From IMG/VR virus record IMGVR_UViG_3300009965_000029: a stretch of 34,098 nt of DNA; one strand, given 5' to 3'. Of this stretch, positions 1-7,928 are shown one piece after another (position 1 is the stretch's first letter; every line of letters starts with the position of its first letter). Origin of the DNA: a virus. The notes under the pieces are model-generated. The model worked only from the letters and a program-made list of their open reading frames with translations, was not told the origin of the DNA and made no database searches. The position numbers were made by a program, and so were the translations under genes.

Positions 1-127
1 ACAGTAGTAACATTCAGTTCCCATGATGATAAGACTGTCCAATATTCCCTCGTGTACTGTATTGTCTGTCAATGTTACTTTAACTTTTTTGTTTATGTAA
101 TCATCTATCATAGGTTTATTTCCCCTC
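1..127. repeat. Terminal direct repeat, copy 1 (identical to 33972-34098)
   Basis: Base-by-base comparison of the window start and end. Confidence 0.95.
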
Positions 128-799
128 ATGTTCCTTGAGATATTCCTTGTCTAATAGAAAACTGAGATTACAAGCCATATGTGCTAGGTGGGATAGTCCA
201 CTCTCCTCATCCACCTCGTTGCCCTCGATGTACGCAAGTAAGTGTCTGTAGAGTGCGTCTATATACCTCTTAGGCTCTACCTTTCGCCAGTTCTCGCTAT
301 CTCCGTACTTCTCCGTGCCATACATTCTCACCTCGGCTACTGCCTTAACAAGCTGAGGGTTGACAAGGGATAGTTCTAGCTTCCCCTTATCTGCCTTTGC
401 CGATTGGTCTGTGTCTGTCGTTTCTAACGCACTCAAATTCAATATTCCTATTGTCTCATCGTTTGCAAATAGTGCATTTCCTCGTTCATCCACCACTCCA
501 CCTAATTCACCATTTAGCTCATTTACAAGGCTGATGATGTTTGCATAGACTTTGTCTGCGTCCTCGGTGGTGTCATAAGATTCGCTAAAGGTAATATTGT
601 CTGTGCTACGGATTCTACCCCTCACATATAACCTATTTCCAATCAAGGCTGGGCAAAGACTCGATAAGATTAAAAACTCTGTATTTCTTATAACTAATTC
701 AGGATTCCGTCCCTCGTTAGTTCTCAAAATCTCATCTTGCTCCAATACTCTTCCTGATATTGTTTTGTCCTCTAGCTTTAACTCTATTTTTAGTTTCAT
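116..799 (-). CDS. Two-domain protein: unknown N-terminal half plus C-terminal MazG-like dATP/dGTP diphosphohydrolase (DUF5664 / MazZ-type) domain
   Basis: 227-aa ORF with RBS AGGAGGGG. The C-terminal half (DKGKLELSLV..YGTEKYG..NWRK..YRHLLAY..DEESGLSHLAHMACNLSFLL) fits the conserved pattern of that domain. Confidence 0.6.
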   Translation of the reverse strand: MKLKIELKLEDKTISGRVLEQDEILRTNEGRNPELVIRNTEFLILSSLCPALIGNRLYVRGRIRSTDNITFSESYDTTEDADKVYANIISLVNELNGELGGVVDERGNALFANDETIGILNLSALETTDTDQSAKADKGKLELSLVNPQLVKAVAEVRMYGTEKYGDSENWRKVEPKRYIDALYRHLLAYIEGNEVDEESGLSHLAHMACNLSFLLDKEYLKEHEGK

Positions 800-1089
800 T
801 TCTGCACCCCTCCTACTTCCTCAAATGCGCTGATTATTTCATCGCAAAGACATATGACTGCGTTCGCTTTATTATTTGTCGGTTCATCTGAAAACAAATC
901 GTACACATAGTCACAAAACTCGGTTCTTTTGTTATTTATTTCGTCAAAGTCCACATGGGGTTGTTCGTCTATTGCTTGCATTATTCCAATTGTAAACATC
1001 CCCCTATCGATTGAACCACATTCATCTGCTAGAGAGTAATCGTGCTCCTCTATTGTTTTTATCAGCTTATCTGCGTCTATTAATCTCAT
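796..1089 (-). CDS. Hypothetical early protein
   Basis: 97-aa ORF with RBS AAGGAG and a 4-nt overlap with the downstream gene. Confidence 0.75.
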   Translation of the reverse strand: MRLIDADKLIKTIEEHDYSLADECGSIDRGMFTIGIMQAIDEQPHVDFDEINNKRTEFCDYVYDLFSDEPTNNKANAVICLCDEIISAFEEVGGVQK

Positions 1090-1091
1090 CG

Positions 1092-1229
1092 TTATTTCTC
1101 CTTGATTTTATCCTCAATCAACTTATGTATCTTTGCTCTAACATCATCTGCTATTTCAAAGTGCTGACTTGCACAACAGCGTTCTAACTCGTCTAATAAG
1201 TCGTCTAATTCGCTTTTAAAATCGTTCAT
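1092..1229 (-). CDS. Small hypothetical protein (45 aa, below the ORF-track cutoff)
   Basis: Hand translation gives MNDFKSELDDLLDELERCCASQHFEIADDVRAKIHKLIEDKIKEK. The ATG at 1229 is preceded by GAGGAA, and the stop lies 2 nt before the next gene's ATG. It fills an otherwise empty gap. Confidence 0.5.
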   Translation of the reverse strand: MNDFKSELDDLLDELERCCASQHFEIADDVRAKIHKLIEDKIKEK

Positions 1230-1404
1230 CTGTTCCTCGCTTTCTGTTGTATGCTCCTCTTGGTAGCAAAGGTGATGTCCATAATTGTGGTGTTTTTAAT
1301 GTGCTTATCGCCATTTCAAGTGCTTTTACATTATTTGACCATCCCATCTGCTCGCATACACCTTTTAGCTTAGTTAATTGCTCTATAGCGTCATAATTTG
1401 TCAT
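1216..1404 (-). CDS. Hypothetical early protein (62 aa)
   Basis: The track ORF begins at a TTG (1425). The ATG at 1404, preceded by AGAAAGGA, is the more likely start. Confidence 0.65.
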   Translation of the reverse strand: MTNYDAIEQLTKLKGVCEQMGWSNNVKALEMAISTLKTPQLWTSPLLPRGAYNRKRGTDERF

Positions 1405-1441
1405 CGTTACATCCTTTCTTCTCAACTCTTCTGCGTTCTTC

Positions 1442-1756
1442 TCAACGCTTCCTTTTTCCTAACTTATATTTTCTTCCGCAATTTGTGCATTTTGCAGTGA
1501 ATGCCCCTTTGCGTGTTTGCCTTAATTCTCCACCACATTCACAAGCAACATCTATACACCGTTGTTTCATAAATTCGTCTATTTGAGAAGGTGTGTATTG
1601 CCTTTTTTTAACAGAGGGTTTAAACCCTAACAAACGCATTGTTTGTCTGTATTCATTTTCTATCCATTTTCCATCTGGCTCTAAATGACACCCATCGCCC
1701 ATTAAGTCCCCCAATTTTATCAGCCTTTCATACAGATAGGCTTTATTATCATTCAT
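1442..1756 (-). CDS. Hypothetical protein with C-terminal zinc-ribbon-like Cys cluster
   Basis: 104-aa ORF with RBS GAGGTGA. It has a CECGG..CTNCG motif and a basic tail. Confidence 0.75.
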   Translation of the reverse strand: MNDNKAYLYERLIKLGDLMGDGCHLEPDGKWIENEYRQTMRLLGFKPSVKKRQYTPSQIDEFMKQRCIDVACECGGELRQTRKGAFTAKCTNCGRKYKLGKRKR

Positions 1757-1759
1757 CTT

Positions 1760-2032
1760 TCACCTCTTCAATCGTTTCGCATCCATATCTATAAGTTTGC
1801 ACCAATCAGGCCTTTCAATGTCCTTTCCAATTTGAGCCCGTAGTACTTGTGTGTACTTTCCATTTTCGTTAAAGTCGATATTGCATACATATCCGTATGT
1901 ATTCTTGATATTTGATTTAAGGTCTATAGGTTCTATCCTATCTTCGCTCGACCAAAAAGGTTTGGTGTATTGATGTCTGCTAAACGGACATTTATTACAA
2001 TGTTTTGGAATTTCCATTGGAACTTTATACAT
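1760..2032 (-). CDS. Hypothetical protein
   Basis: 90-aa ORF with RBS GGGAGAA, tightly packed in the operon. Confidence 0.75.
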   Translation of the reverse strand: MYKVPMEIPKHCNKCPFSRHQYTKPFWSSEDRIEPIDLKSNIKNTYGYVCNIDFNENGKYTQVLRAQIGKDIERPDWCKLIDMDAKRLKR

Positions 2033-2034
2033 CT

Positions 2035-2271
2035 CTATTCTCCCAACTTTATATTTTTCATGTGATTGCTCTCCTTTAAACTCTCGTTGCCCTTTTGCTT
2101 TTCCGATATTTCTTTGATGATTTCGTCTACAGACTCCTCAAAGGCTTTTGTTATCATTTTTTCAAACTGCCTTTTGGCTCTTCGCTTTGCAAAATACTTT
2201 GTCAATGTGTGCCCTGCAATGCTTCCGACTATCGCTGCTAATACCCATACTATTCCGTATACTAATGTCAT
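2035..2271 (-). CDS. Small membrane-anchored protein
   Basis: 78-aa ORF with an N-terminal hydrophobic helix (LVYGIVWVLAAIVGSIAG) followed by a charged tail. RBS GAGAGG. Confidence 0.75.
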   Translation of the reverse strand: MTLVYGIVWVLAAIVGSIAGHTLTKYFAKRRAKRQFEKMITKAFEESVDEIIKEISEKQKGNESLKESNHMKNIKLGE

Positions 2272-2276
2272 TGTTT

Positions 2277-2420
2277 TTACCTCTCTTTATTCTTTAATAT
2301 CTCGTTATTTCTCTGCGTTTTCTTGTAGCACCATATACAGAGTTTTACTTCCTTTTTGCCGATTACTGCACTGTACTTGCCGTATTCGTTTATTCGCTTT
2401 CCACATAGTTCGCACTTCAT
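2277..2420 (-). CDS. Small zinc-ribbon protein (47 aa, below the ORF-track cutoff)
   Basis: Hand translation gives MKCELCGKRINEYGKYSAVIGKKEVKLCIWCYKKTQRNNEILKNKER (CxxC..CxxC). Its ATG overlaps the upstream stop as ATGA. Confidence 0.55.
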   Translation of the reverse strand: MKCELCGKRINEYGKYSAVIGKKEVKLCIWCYKKTQRNNEILKNKER

Positions 2421-2776
2421 TTGTTGCACCTCTCTAGCAAGCGTATTGCACTTTGGGTTATATCTGACTCATCTGTAAGAACATTAACAGGTTCGTGTCG
2501 TTCTAAATTATCTACCCTTAGTGTCTCTAACATTTTTTCATACTCCGTCTCTGTTAAAGACTTCTCTACATCAATGTTTATTGAGCATATATCGTCTATT
2601 CGCTTGATATAGATGTCTTTATGGTCTGTATAGACTATGAATGTATTATCCCATATTCCACTAACAATCTCTGTTATTGCACCCTCATCTAAATAAATAA
2701 TGTGATTGCATCCATCTTTAAATTTCATTCGTGCCTTAAAAACAATTACCTCATCATTGAATTTTTCGACATTCAT
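2417..2776 (-). CDS. Hypothetical protein
   Basis: 119-aa ORF with RBS GGAGTAAG and a 4-nt overlap with the upstream XRE gene. Confidence 0.75.
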   Translation of the reverse strand: MNVEKFNDEVIVFKARMKFKDGCNHIIYLDEGAITEIVSGIWDNTFIVYTDHKDIYIKRIDDICSINIDVEKSLTETEYEKMLETLRVDNLERHEPVNVLTDESDITQSAIRLLERCNK

Positions 2777-3156
2777 ATTCTTACTCCTCTCAGTTTCCTT
2801 GTGATTCTGTCACAAGCTTTAATTGCGTCTTCCCACGCACTGCTTATATCCTCAAGTTCTTCCATCATTCTGTTTAAGTGCTTCACCTTTGCTTCTGACC
2901 ACGATTTAAGCTTTGCAAGGTCTCCCTCTATCTCTTCTCGGTCATCGTCTTCGCCTAGCAGGTAGGATAAGCTACAATCAAGCACTTCGCACAGTTCTGC
3001 AAGTATGCTTGTTGTAGGGTACTTTGTTCCATTTTCAATTCCTGATAGTGTCGCTTGTGATACTCCACAATAACTTCTAACTTCTAGTTGCGTAAGCGAT
3101 TTCTTTATCCTTGCTTCTTTGATTCGTTCGCCAATCATTACCTTATCGTATTTCAT
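2773..3156 (-). CDS. XRE-family helix-turn-helix protein with a charged C-terminal extension
   Basis: IGERIKEARIKKSLTQLEVRSYCGVSQATLSGIENGTKYPTTSILAELCEVLDCSLSYLLGE is a canonical HTH_3/XRE domain. Confidence 0.8.
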   Translation of the reverse strand: MKYDKVMIGERIKEARIKKSLTQLEVRSYCGVSQATLSGIENGTKYPTTSILAELCEVLDCSLSYLLGEDDDREEIEGDLAKLKSWSEAKVKHLNRMMEELEDISSAWEDAIKACDRITRKLRGVRI

Positions 3157-3461
3157 TACCTCTCTCCTCTATGAGTTACATTAAGATTCCTTACTAACTC
3201 AGCTACATCAATTCCGCATAGTGTTTTAGTGTCTCGCACAAATTCGTTTACAGTCGCTCTGTGGTCTACTGTTTCCTCTAGCAATGCTATGTATGATTCG
3301 CAAAACTCATCTAGCTTCGCTTTGTCAAAGTCGTACACCATAAAGAGCGTACGCACCATAATTGCAAAATTTAGCTGATTCGCCATTTCCGTTACTCGCT
3401 CTATGAGTTCTTCTCTTTCAGAGCGACTAAGCTTTGGTTTCTTTGTTCTTGGAACGCTCAT
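3156..3461 (-). CDS. Hypothetical protein
   Basis: 101-aa ORF with RBS AAGAGGG and a TAATG overlap with the next gene. Confidence 0.75.
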   Translation of the reverse strand: MSVPRTKKPKLSRSEREELIERVTEMANQLNFAIMVRTLFMVYDFDKAKLDEFCESYIALLEETVDHRATVNEFVRDTKTLCGIDVAELVRNLNVTHRGER

Positions 3462-3536
3462 TGCCAGCCCTCTTTCTTAATGCTATATCTGTGATTTTCC
3501 TCGAATGTTCTTTATGTTTCTTCGCTATTTGTTTCA

Positions 3537-3965
3537 TTACTGCTCCTTTGCTTGCATTATTGCAACATACTTTCCGTAAGATATTCCTAGCATTCTCGCT
3601 TTTGCTATCTTTTCGTCGAGCGATAGCTTCCTAGTTTTTTTCTCTTCCTTTGCGTCTTGTTTTTTCTTTGTTGCCTTTTTCGATGTTCTCCTTGCTCTTT
3701 CTAAAAAGCATTCGTGTGAGCATACTTTTTGCCTTGCCGTTTGGGAATAAAATTCGCTCCCACATATCTCACATTCTTTAACAGATAGGCTCGGTATTAT
3801 GTCAACCATTTCTGCTATCACTTCAGGCTTGAATCGTCTTATCTGTTCATCGGTCTTTGACTTCTCGATTAAGTACCTTTCGTCTGTCTCGGTAGAGACG
3901 ACCACAATTCCTTGTTGGGTCGTCTCATACTCGATATAATCAAACATTTCGCTATAGTAAATCAT
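3537..3965 (-). CDS. Hypothetical protein with a CxxC..CxxxC motif and a lysine-rich linker
   Basis: 142-aa ORF with RBS GAGGTA. Confidence 0.75.
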   Translation of the reverse strand: MIYYSEMFDYIEYETTQQGIVVVSTETDERYLIEKSKTDEQIRRFKPEVIAEMVDIIPSLSVKECEICGSEFYSQTARQKVCSHECFLERARRTSKKATKKKQDAKEEKKTRKLSLDEKIAKARMLGISYGKYVAIMQAKEQ

Positions 3966-3978
3966 TGCGATACCTCGT

Positions 3979-4380
3979 TTAGAACGGCACGGCTTCGTCT
4001 AGGGTCTTAAAGTCGTCTATGCTTTCCTGCGCTTCGCTTTCTGAGTGGTTTTCTGTGCGATTCTCAGCGTCTCCCCATTCTAGGAACTCGACCCTCTCAG
4101 CGATTACATCGGTTGTGTACACCTTGCTTCCATCGTTCTTTTCATAGCTTCCAGTCTGCAATCTGCCTTGTATTCCTACTAGTCGCCCTTTTGCTAGGTA
4201 TTTCTCGCAGTTCTCAGCTTGCTTTCCGAACACGATTATGTTCGGAAAATCGGCTTTCTTTTCGCCATCCTTTGTCGGTCTGCTAATAGCTATGGAGAAT
4301 CTCGCTACTGCCGTTTGGCTTGGTGTGTATCTTAGTTCTACTTCCCTTGTGATTCTGCCGATTAGTGTTACATTGTTCAT
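3979..4380 (-). CDS. ssb: Single-stranded DNA-binding protein
   Basis: MNNVTLIGRITREVELRYTPSQTAVARFSIA is an OB-fold N-terminus, and the acidic tail ends DEAVPF. The ATG at 4380 is preceded by AAAGGAG, whereas the track start at 4386 is a TTG. Confidence 0.9.
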   Translation of the reverse strand: MNNVTLIGRITREVELRYTPSQTAVARFSIAISRPTKDGEKKADFPNIIVFGKQAENCEKYLAKGRLVGIQGRLQTGSYEKNDGSKVYTTDVIAERVEFLEWGDAENRTENHSESEAQESIDDFKTLDEAVPF

Positions 4381-4382
4381 CT

Positions 4383-4709
4383 TCAAATCTCCTTTATCGT
4401 TAGGTCTTGATACCTTTTTTCAAATAACTTTTGCTTTAGCTTGTAAACATCTGTTTTCATCCCCTTGACATCCTCTATGATTAGCTTTCCGTCTTGCTTA
4501 TACATAAAGTCGGCTACATACTCAATCTTGCGATATGCTTTTCCGTTCTTCCTAAAACCCTCTTGCAGTAAGAATTTCGGTTGCAGTGTTAGGTTTTCAA
4601 TCTCTCCCTTGTTCTCTAATGCCTTTAAAACGATGTATCTTTTTGCTTCTTTCTTGGAATCAAACTTGATTCCGTCAACCTCGGTTTTCTTTGCTCTGTA
4701 TTTCGACAA
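4383..4709 (-). CDS. DUF1064-family protein (nuclease-like fold, common in Firmicutes phage replication modules)
   Basis: SKYRAKKTEVDGIKFDSKKEAKRYIVLKALENKGEIENLTLQPKF matches the family N-terminus. It has a TTG start codon preceded by AAGGGGG. Confidence 0.7.
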   Translation of the reverse strand: MSKYRAKKTEVDGIKFDSKKEAKRYIVLKALENKGEIENLTLQPKFLLQEGFRKNGKAYRKIEYVADFMYKQDGKLIIEDVKGMKTDVYKLKQKLFEKRYQDLTIKEI

Positions 4710-4836
4710 ATTTTATCGCCCCCTTGTTTGAGCCTCTATTTTTCGTTTTAAGCGATTTTTATTTTTAAACGATAATTCTATCGACGATACGCTTTTCACC
4801 GCTCTATGAGTTTAAAATCGACCTCAAAAGCATATC

Positions 4837-5373
4837 TTAATCTAATGTCTTACCCTCAATCATCATTAAGCCGTTTAGCTTGTCCTTAATCTCTGCGGGT
4901 AACATCGCCACTGCTTGCTCTCTCTCCACCACTGCCGACATCGTCTTAAAAAACTGTCCTCTAGTCACAGTTTGGAATGTCTCAGGGGGAAGCATAGCTA
5001 GTTCTTTTAGCTGACCTAAGTCTTTTAGCCACACCCTCAAAGCCTTTGGAAGCCTATCAAACTCTGCTTGTGTAAAGTACAGTCCTCGCCTTACGGCTTT
5101 GCCAAGTTCTCCCCACAACTCGGTTATTTCACTGTCTCCCCCTTTTGTGATTAGGTCTATTTCTGCTCTTAGCCCTGCAATAGTCGGTGGGTACTTCTCT
5201 TTTGCGATGTAATTTTTTAAAGCAACTGTCACTATCTGTCCGTCATCTTCTGCGAACATCAGCTCGTAAAGGCTTACTTGCGCTTTCATTTCGTCAATGC
5301 TTAGCTTTTTATAGTGCGTTGGAAATGCTGAGCTCAGTATCTGCAGTAATGCTTTTATCTCTGTTCTGTTCAT
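4837..5373 (-). CDS. G39P-like replicative helicase loader
   Basis: N-terminus (EIKALLQILSSAFPTHYKKLS..MKAQVSLYELMFAEDD..VTVALKNYIAKEKYPPTIAGL) resembles the SPP1 G39P loader family. It lies directly downstream of the replisome organiser. Confidence 0.5.
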   Translation of the reverse strand: MNRTEIKALLQILSSAFPTHYKKLSIDEMKAQVSLYELMFAEDDGQIVTVALKNYIAKEKYPPTIAGLRAEIDLITKGGDSEITELWGELGKAVRRGLYFTQAEFDRLPKALRVWLKDLGQLKELAMLPPETFQTVTRGQFFKTMSAVVEREQAVAMLPAEIKDKLNGLMMIEGKTLD

Positions 5374-5382
5374 TGCTCCCCC

Positions 5383-6084
5383 TTACAAGTCTATAAAGCT
5401 TACAGGCTTATCTTGTTTCGGCTTTCGGTTTCGCTCCCAAGTTCTCACTGCAGCTTTCCAATCCACCATCGGCTTACCTGTGCCGTACTTCCATCCTCGA
5501 GCTTCGTAATAGTCAAAGAATTGTTGTGCGTCTATGCCATTAAGTCTTTCGTCACAGTAGGCTTGTATTTTTTCGACAGTCGGTTTCTCGCGCGCACGCG
5601 ATATATTATTATTAATATTTCCCTTGTTATCTTTGTTATTTTTGTTATTTGTGGTGCAGTCGTGGTGTAATGGTGGTGCAGTCGTGGTGCAGTCGTGGTG
5701 TAATGGTGGTGCAGTCGTGGTGCAGTCGTGGTGTAATGGTGGTGCAGTCGTGGCACGCACATCTTGATATATCGTGTAATTTACAATGTTTATAGTGGTG
5801 CAATATTTTGTACTTTCTATTTCGACCATCTTGTCACCCTCTAACGCACTTAAAAATTTATCAAGTTTGCGTCTGTTCCATTTCCACCTATCAGCTAGAT
5901 ACCTTTTAGAGGTGTAGACTGTTCCTGCTTTTTTATGTTCTAACTCTCCGTGAAAATATGATTTATGGTCTTTCCACGAAGCCGTTAGTAAAAGGTCTAT
6001 CCACGCTTGCCCAAAAGAATATGGTTCATCTTGCCACAACCAATGCTCCACAAGGCTTCGTTGTACCCTTATCCATCCGTCCAT
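5383..6084 (-). CDS. Replisome organiser / DnaD-like replication initiation protein with an internal 3 x 11-aa repeat
   Basis: The N-terminal segment (GWIRVQRSLVEHWLWQDEPYS..AWIDLL) looks winged-helix-like. The C-terminus (IQAYCDERLNGIDAQQFFDYYEARGWKYG..MVDWKAAVRTWERN) resembles the DnaD/phage conserved C-terminal domain. The centre carries TTAPPLHHDCT x3. Confidence 0.7.
   Translation of the reverse strand: MDGWIRVQRSLVEHWLWQDEPYSFGQAWIDLLLTASWKDHKSYFHGELEHKKAGTVYTSKRYLADRWKWNRRKLDKFLSALEGDKMVEIESTKYCTTINIVNYTIYQDVRATTAPPLHHDCTTTAPPLHHDCTTTAPPLHHDCTTNNKNNKDNKGNINNNISRAREKPTVEKIQAYCDERLNGIDAQQFFDYYEARGWKYGTGKPMVDWKAAVRTWERNRKPKQDKPVSFIDL
5587..5652. other. GC-rich near-palindrome (CTCGCGCGCACGCGA) followed by an AT-rich tract with TTGTTAT x3 at 9-bp spacing; candidate DNA-unwinding element of the origin
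   Basis: Read directly from the sequence. It abuts the iteron array. Confidence 0.5.
5653..5751. repeat. Iteron array: nine 11-bp units (six GGTGCAGTCGT, three GGTGTAATGGT), giving 3 x 33 bp
   Basis: Read directly from the sequence. The period is 11 bp, about one helical turn. It lies inside the replisome-organiser gene. Confidence 0.9.
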
Positions 6085-6614
6085 TGTTTCTTTAACCTCT
6101 CTAGTTCTGCAGGTGTCAGAGTTTCGATTCCTTGTTCTTTACACTCGACCACCACGCTGTCTATAAGCCGTGACATTTCATCAGTTTTATAGGTACTGCT
6201 TCCGTAGTAGCTTTTGATGTTGTGATAGCCTTTAAAGTTCTTACATTCGCCCAAGTCTTCACATATCCACCCCTCACCGTGTTTTTCCCATACCTTGACC
6301 CAATGTTCCACAACATCAGCCTTTATCGGCACTATCTCAAATACTCCGACCTCGGAGATTAACTTTCGGTATATGTCAGTTTTCATCTGCCTTGTCTTGT
6401 CTGCTAGCTTTCCAACAAGTGTCCAAAAGTACGCGTTTGCGTCAAGGCTTCTGCGTTTTGATTTAGGCTTGATGATGATGTCATAGTCCTTGTTTGTGTC
6501 AATCTTTATGCCGTCGATTAGTTCCAGAATTTGTCTGTGCTGACCCTTAGGGAGATTGATTGATATTTGGTCGACTTGATATAAAACCCTTAGCTGAATA
6601 TCTTGTATTTTCAT
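6069..6614 (-). CDS. NinB/Orf-like recombination mediator
   Basis: KSKRRSLDANAYFWTLVGKLAD resembles the lambda NinB RSLDQN..W..LGD motif. It sits inside the recombination module. Confidence 0.45.
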   Translation of the reverse strand: MKIQDIQLRVLYQVDQISINLPKGQHRQILELIDGIKIDTNKDYDIIIKPKSKRRSLDANAYFWTLVGKLADKTRQMKTDIYRKLISEVGVFEIVPIKADVVEHWVKVWEKHGEGWICEDLGECKNFKGYHNIKSYYGSSTYKTDEMSRLIDSVVVECKEQGIETLTPAELERLKKQWTDG

Positions 6615-6883
6615 AAGTAATTTTTCCCAAACTCCTTTCTAAAATCTTTGTTTGGATAGTGCTTTTCAAAGGCTTTCTGCCCTAGTTCGTGAAAGTATTG
6701 CATTACTGATTTGTTGTGATGAACACCGTTCGGTGGCTCGTTGTGGTCACAGTGGCAAAGGAAAACCTTTAAGCCGTACTGCTCACTCTTCTTTCGATAC
6801 GGACCACCGAAGATATGATGTTCTTCCACATAAGGACTTCCACAGATAAAGCACTCTCGCTCACTCTGTATGATTGATTTCAT
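6611..6883 (-). CDS. Small Cys/His-rich (HNH-like zinc-binding) protein
   Basis: CFICGSPYVEEHHIFGG..RKKSEQYGLKVFLCHCDHNEPPNGVHHN. Start and stop are coupled to neighbours by ATGA and TAATG overlaps. Confidence 0.4.
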   Translation of the reverse strand: MKSIIQSERECFICGSPYVEEHHIFGGPYRKKSEQYGLKVFLCHCDHNEPPNGVHHNKSVMQYFHELGQKAFEKHYPNKDFRKEFGKNYL

Positions 6884-7635
6884 TACTGCTCCTTGCCGTT
6901 CTCAATATCCCTTAGGATAATTAAGGCTCTGCCGTGGTGTTCCTTTGTCATCGGTCCACTTGTCCATCCTGTCTTTTTTAAAATCTCTGTTGCGTCAAGA
7001 TTCATAGCCTTGCAAAGTTCAATGTATGTCTTTTTTTCAGCCGATGTGGCTAGTTCTTCGGATAGGTCTATCGGCTCATCGTTTAACGGCTCTTTGGAAG
7101 TCGTTTTTTTGCCTTTAGGAACGGCTTTGCCCATCTTGTAGACAACTACATTACTTTTAGTATTAACTATGCTTAAATCGGAAATTTTGCCGTTATCATC
7201 ATAGCTGATTTGGTTTACGATAAATTTATCGAAGCATTGCCACTTTCCATTCCTTTGAACGATATTACAGTCGGTCTTATTTATGAAAATGAATGGTGCC
7301 GTGTATAGTTCTCTACCGATCCCCCAATTAAAGCACGCTCTCTTAAAGCTATCGCTCGCTTCTCCTTTTTCTTTTTCGGTCATACTTTCGGTTCCGACAT
7401 CCTGCTTCCACACCCAATCATTTCGATTTTCAAAGTAGATACCGACTGAACAAAATAGGTTGTCCTTTATTACCTCGTGGTGTCTTTGCCAATTTTCAGG
7501 ACCTACAGTTTCATCAAGGATATTCATATCGCACCTTGCGTCTTTATACAGTAGCAATATCAACCCTTTTTCTGTGACTGACTGCACCCTGCAATCAATC
7601 TCATCTGCTCTTAGCTTTCTAAACTTTAATCCCAT
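6883..7635 (-). CDS. Rad52/22-family single-strand annealing protein (Sak-like recombinase)
   Basis: KGEASDSFKRACFNWGIGRELY is the hallmark Rad52-type motif. The N-terminal beta-rich domain is also consistent. Confidence 0.7.
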   Translation of the reverse strand: MGLKFRKLRADEIDCRVQSVTEKGLILLLYKDARCDMNILDETVGPENWQRHHEVIKDNLFCSVGIYFENRNDWVWKQDVGTESMTEKEKGEASDSFKRACFNWGIGRELYTAPFIFINKTDCNIVQRNGKWQCFDKFIVNQISYDDNGKISDLSIVNTKSNVVVYKMGKAVPKGKKTTSKEPLNDEPIDLSEELATSAEKKTYIELCKAMNLDATEILKKTGWTSGPMTKEHHGRALIILRDIENGKEQ

Positions 7636-7928
7636 TCGTCCAACCTCTCCTCTATTAGTTCTTTAGGGTTATCGTGCCCTCTGTTTGTTAGCCATTCCTC
7701 AATTTCTTTGAGGGTTTCGTCTATCTCGCTCGAACAAGTTTCGCACATATCCTCGCCCTCTTTCATGTACTCTCCACAACCACACTTGACAGCATCGTCA
7801 TAAAGTTCTCTGCCACAGTAAGGGCAAGTCAATACGATTTCCTCTTTTGTGTACTCGCCATATCTCGCATAGTCTGTTGTGCGTCTAGGCTCGACGGCTT
7901 CGTTACAGCTTTCGCACCATTTATACAT
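7626..7928 (-). CDS. Cys-rich zinc-ribbon protein
   Basis: CESC..CPYCG..CGCG..CETC motifs in 100 aa. RBS GGAGATAG. Confidence 0.75.
   Translation of the reverse strand: MYKWCESCNEAVEPRRTTDYARYGEYTKEEIVLTCPYCGRELYDDAVKCGCGEYMKEGEDMCETCSSEIDETLKEIEEWLTNRGHDNPKELIEERLDEWD

Noticed and set aside
1-127. Biological direct terminal repeat or LTR
   Set aside because: An exact overlap of 127 nt, with genes running seamlessly across it, is what a de Bruijn assembler leaves on a circular contig. 127 is a commonly used k-mer size. The sequence alone cannot prove a physical terminal redundancy, so I treat it as a circularisation artefact.
5653-5751. CRISPR-like regular repeats (also 8263-8343)
   Set aside because: These are head-to-tail tandem repeats of 11/33 bp and 15 bp with no unique spacers. 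They lie in frame inside long ORFs, and no cas genes are present.
5532-5762. Minus-strand ORF encoding HHHYTTTAPRL repeats
   Set aside because: It is an alternative reading frame of the iteron array inside the replisome-organiser gene. It exists only because the repeat lacks stops.
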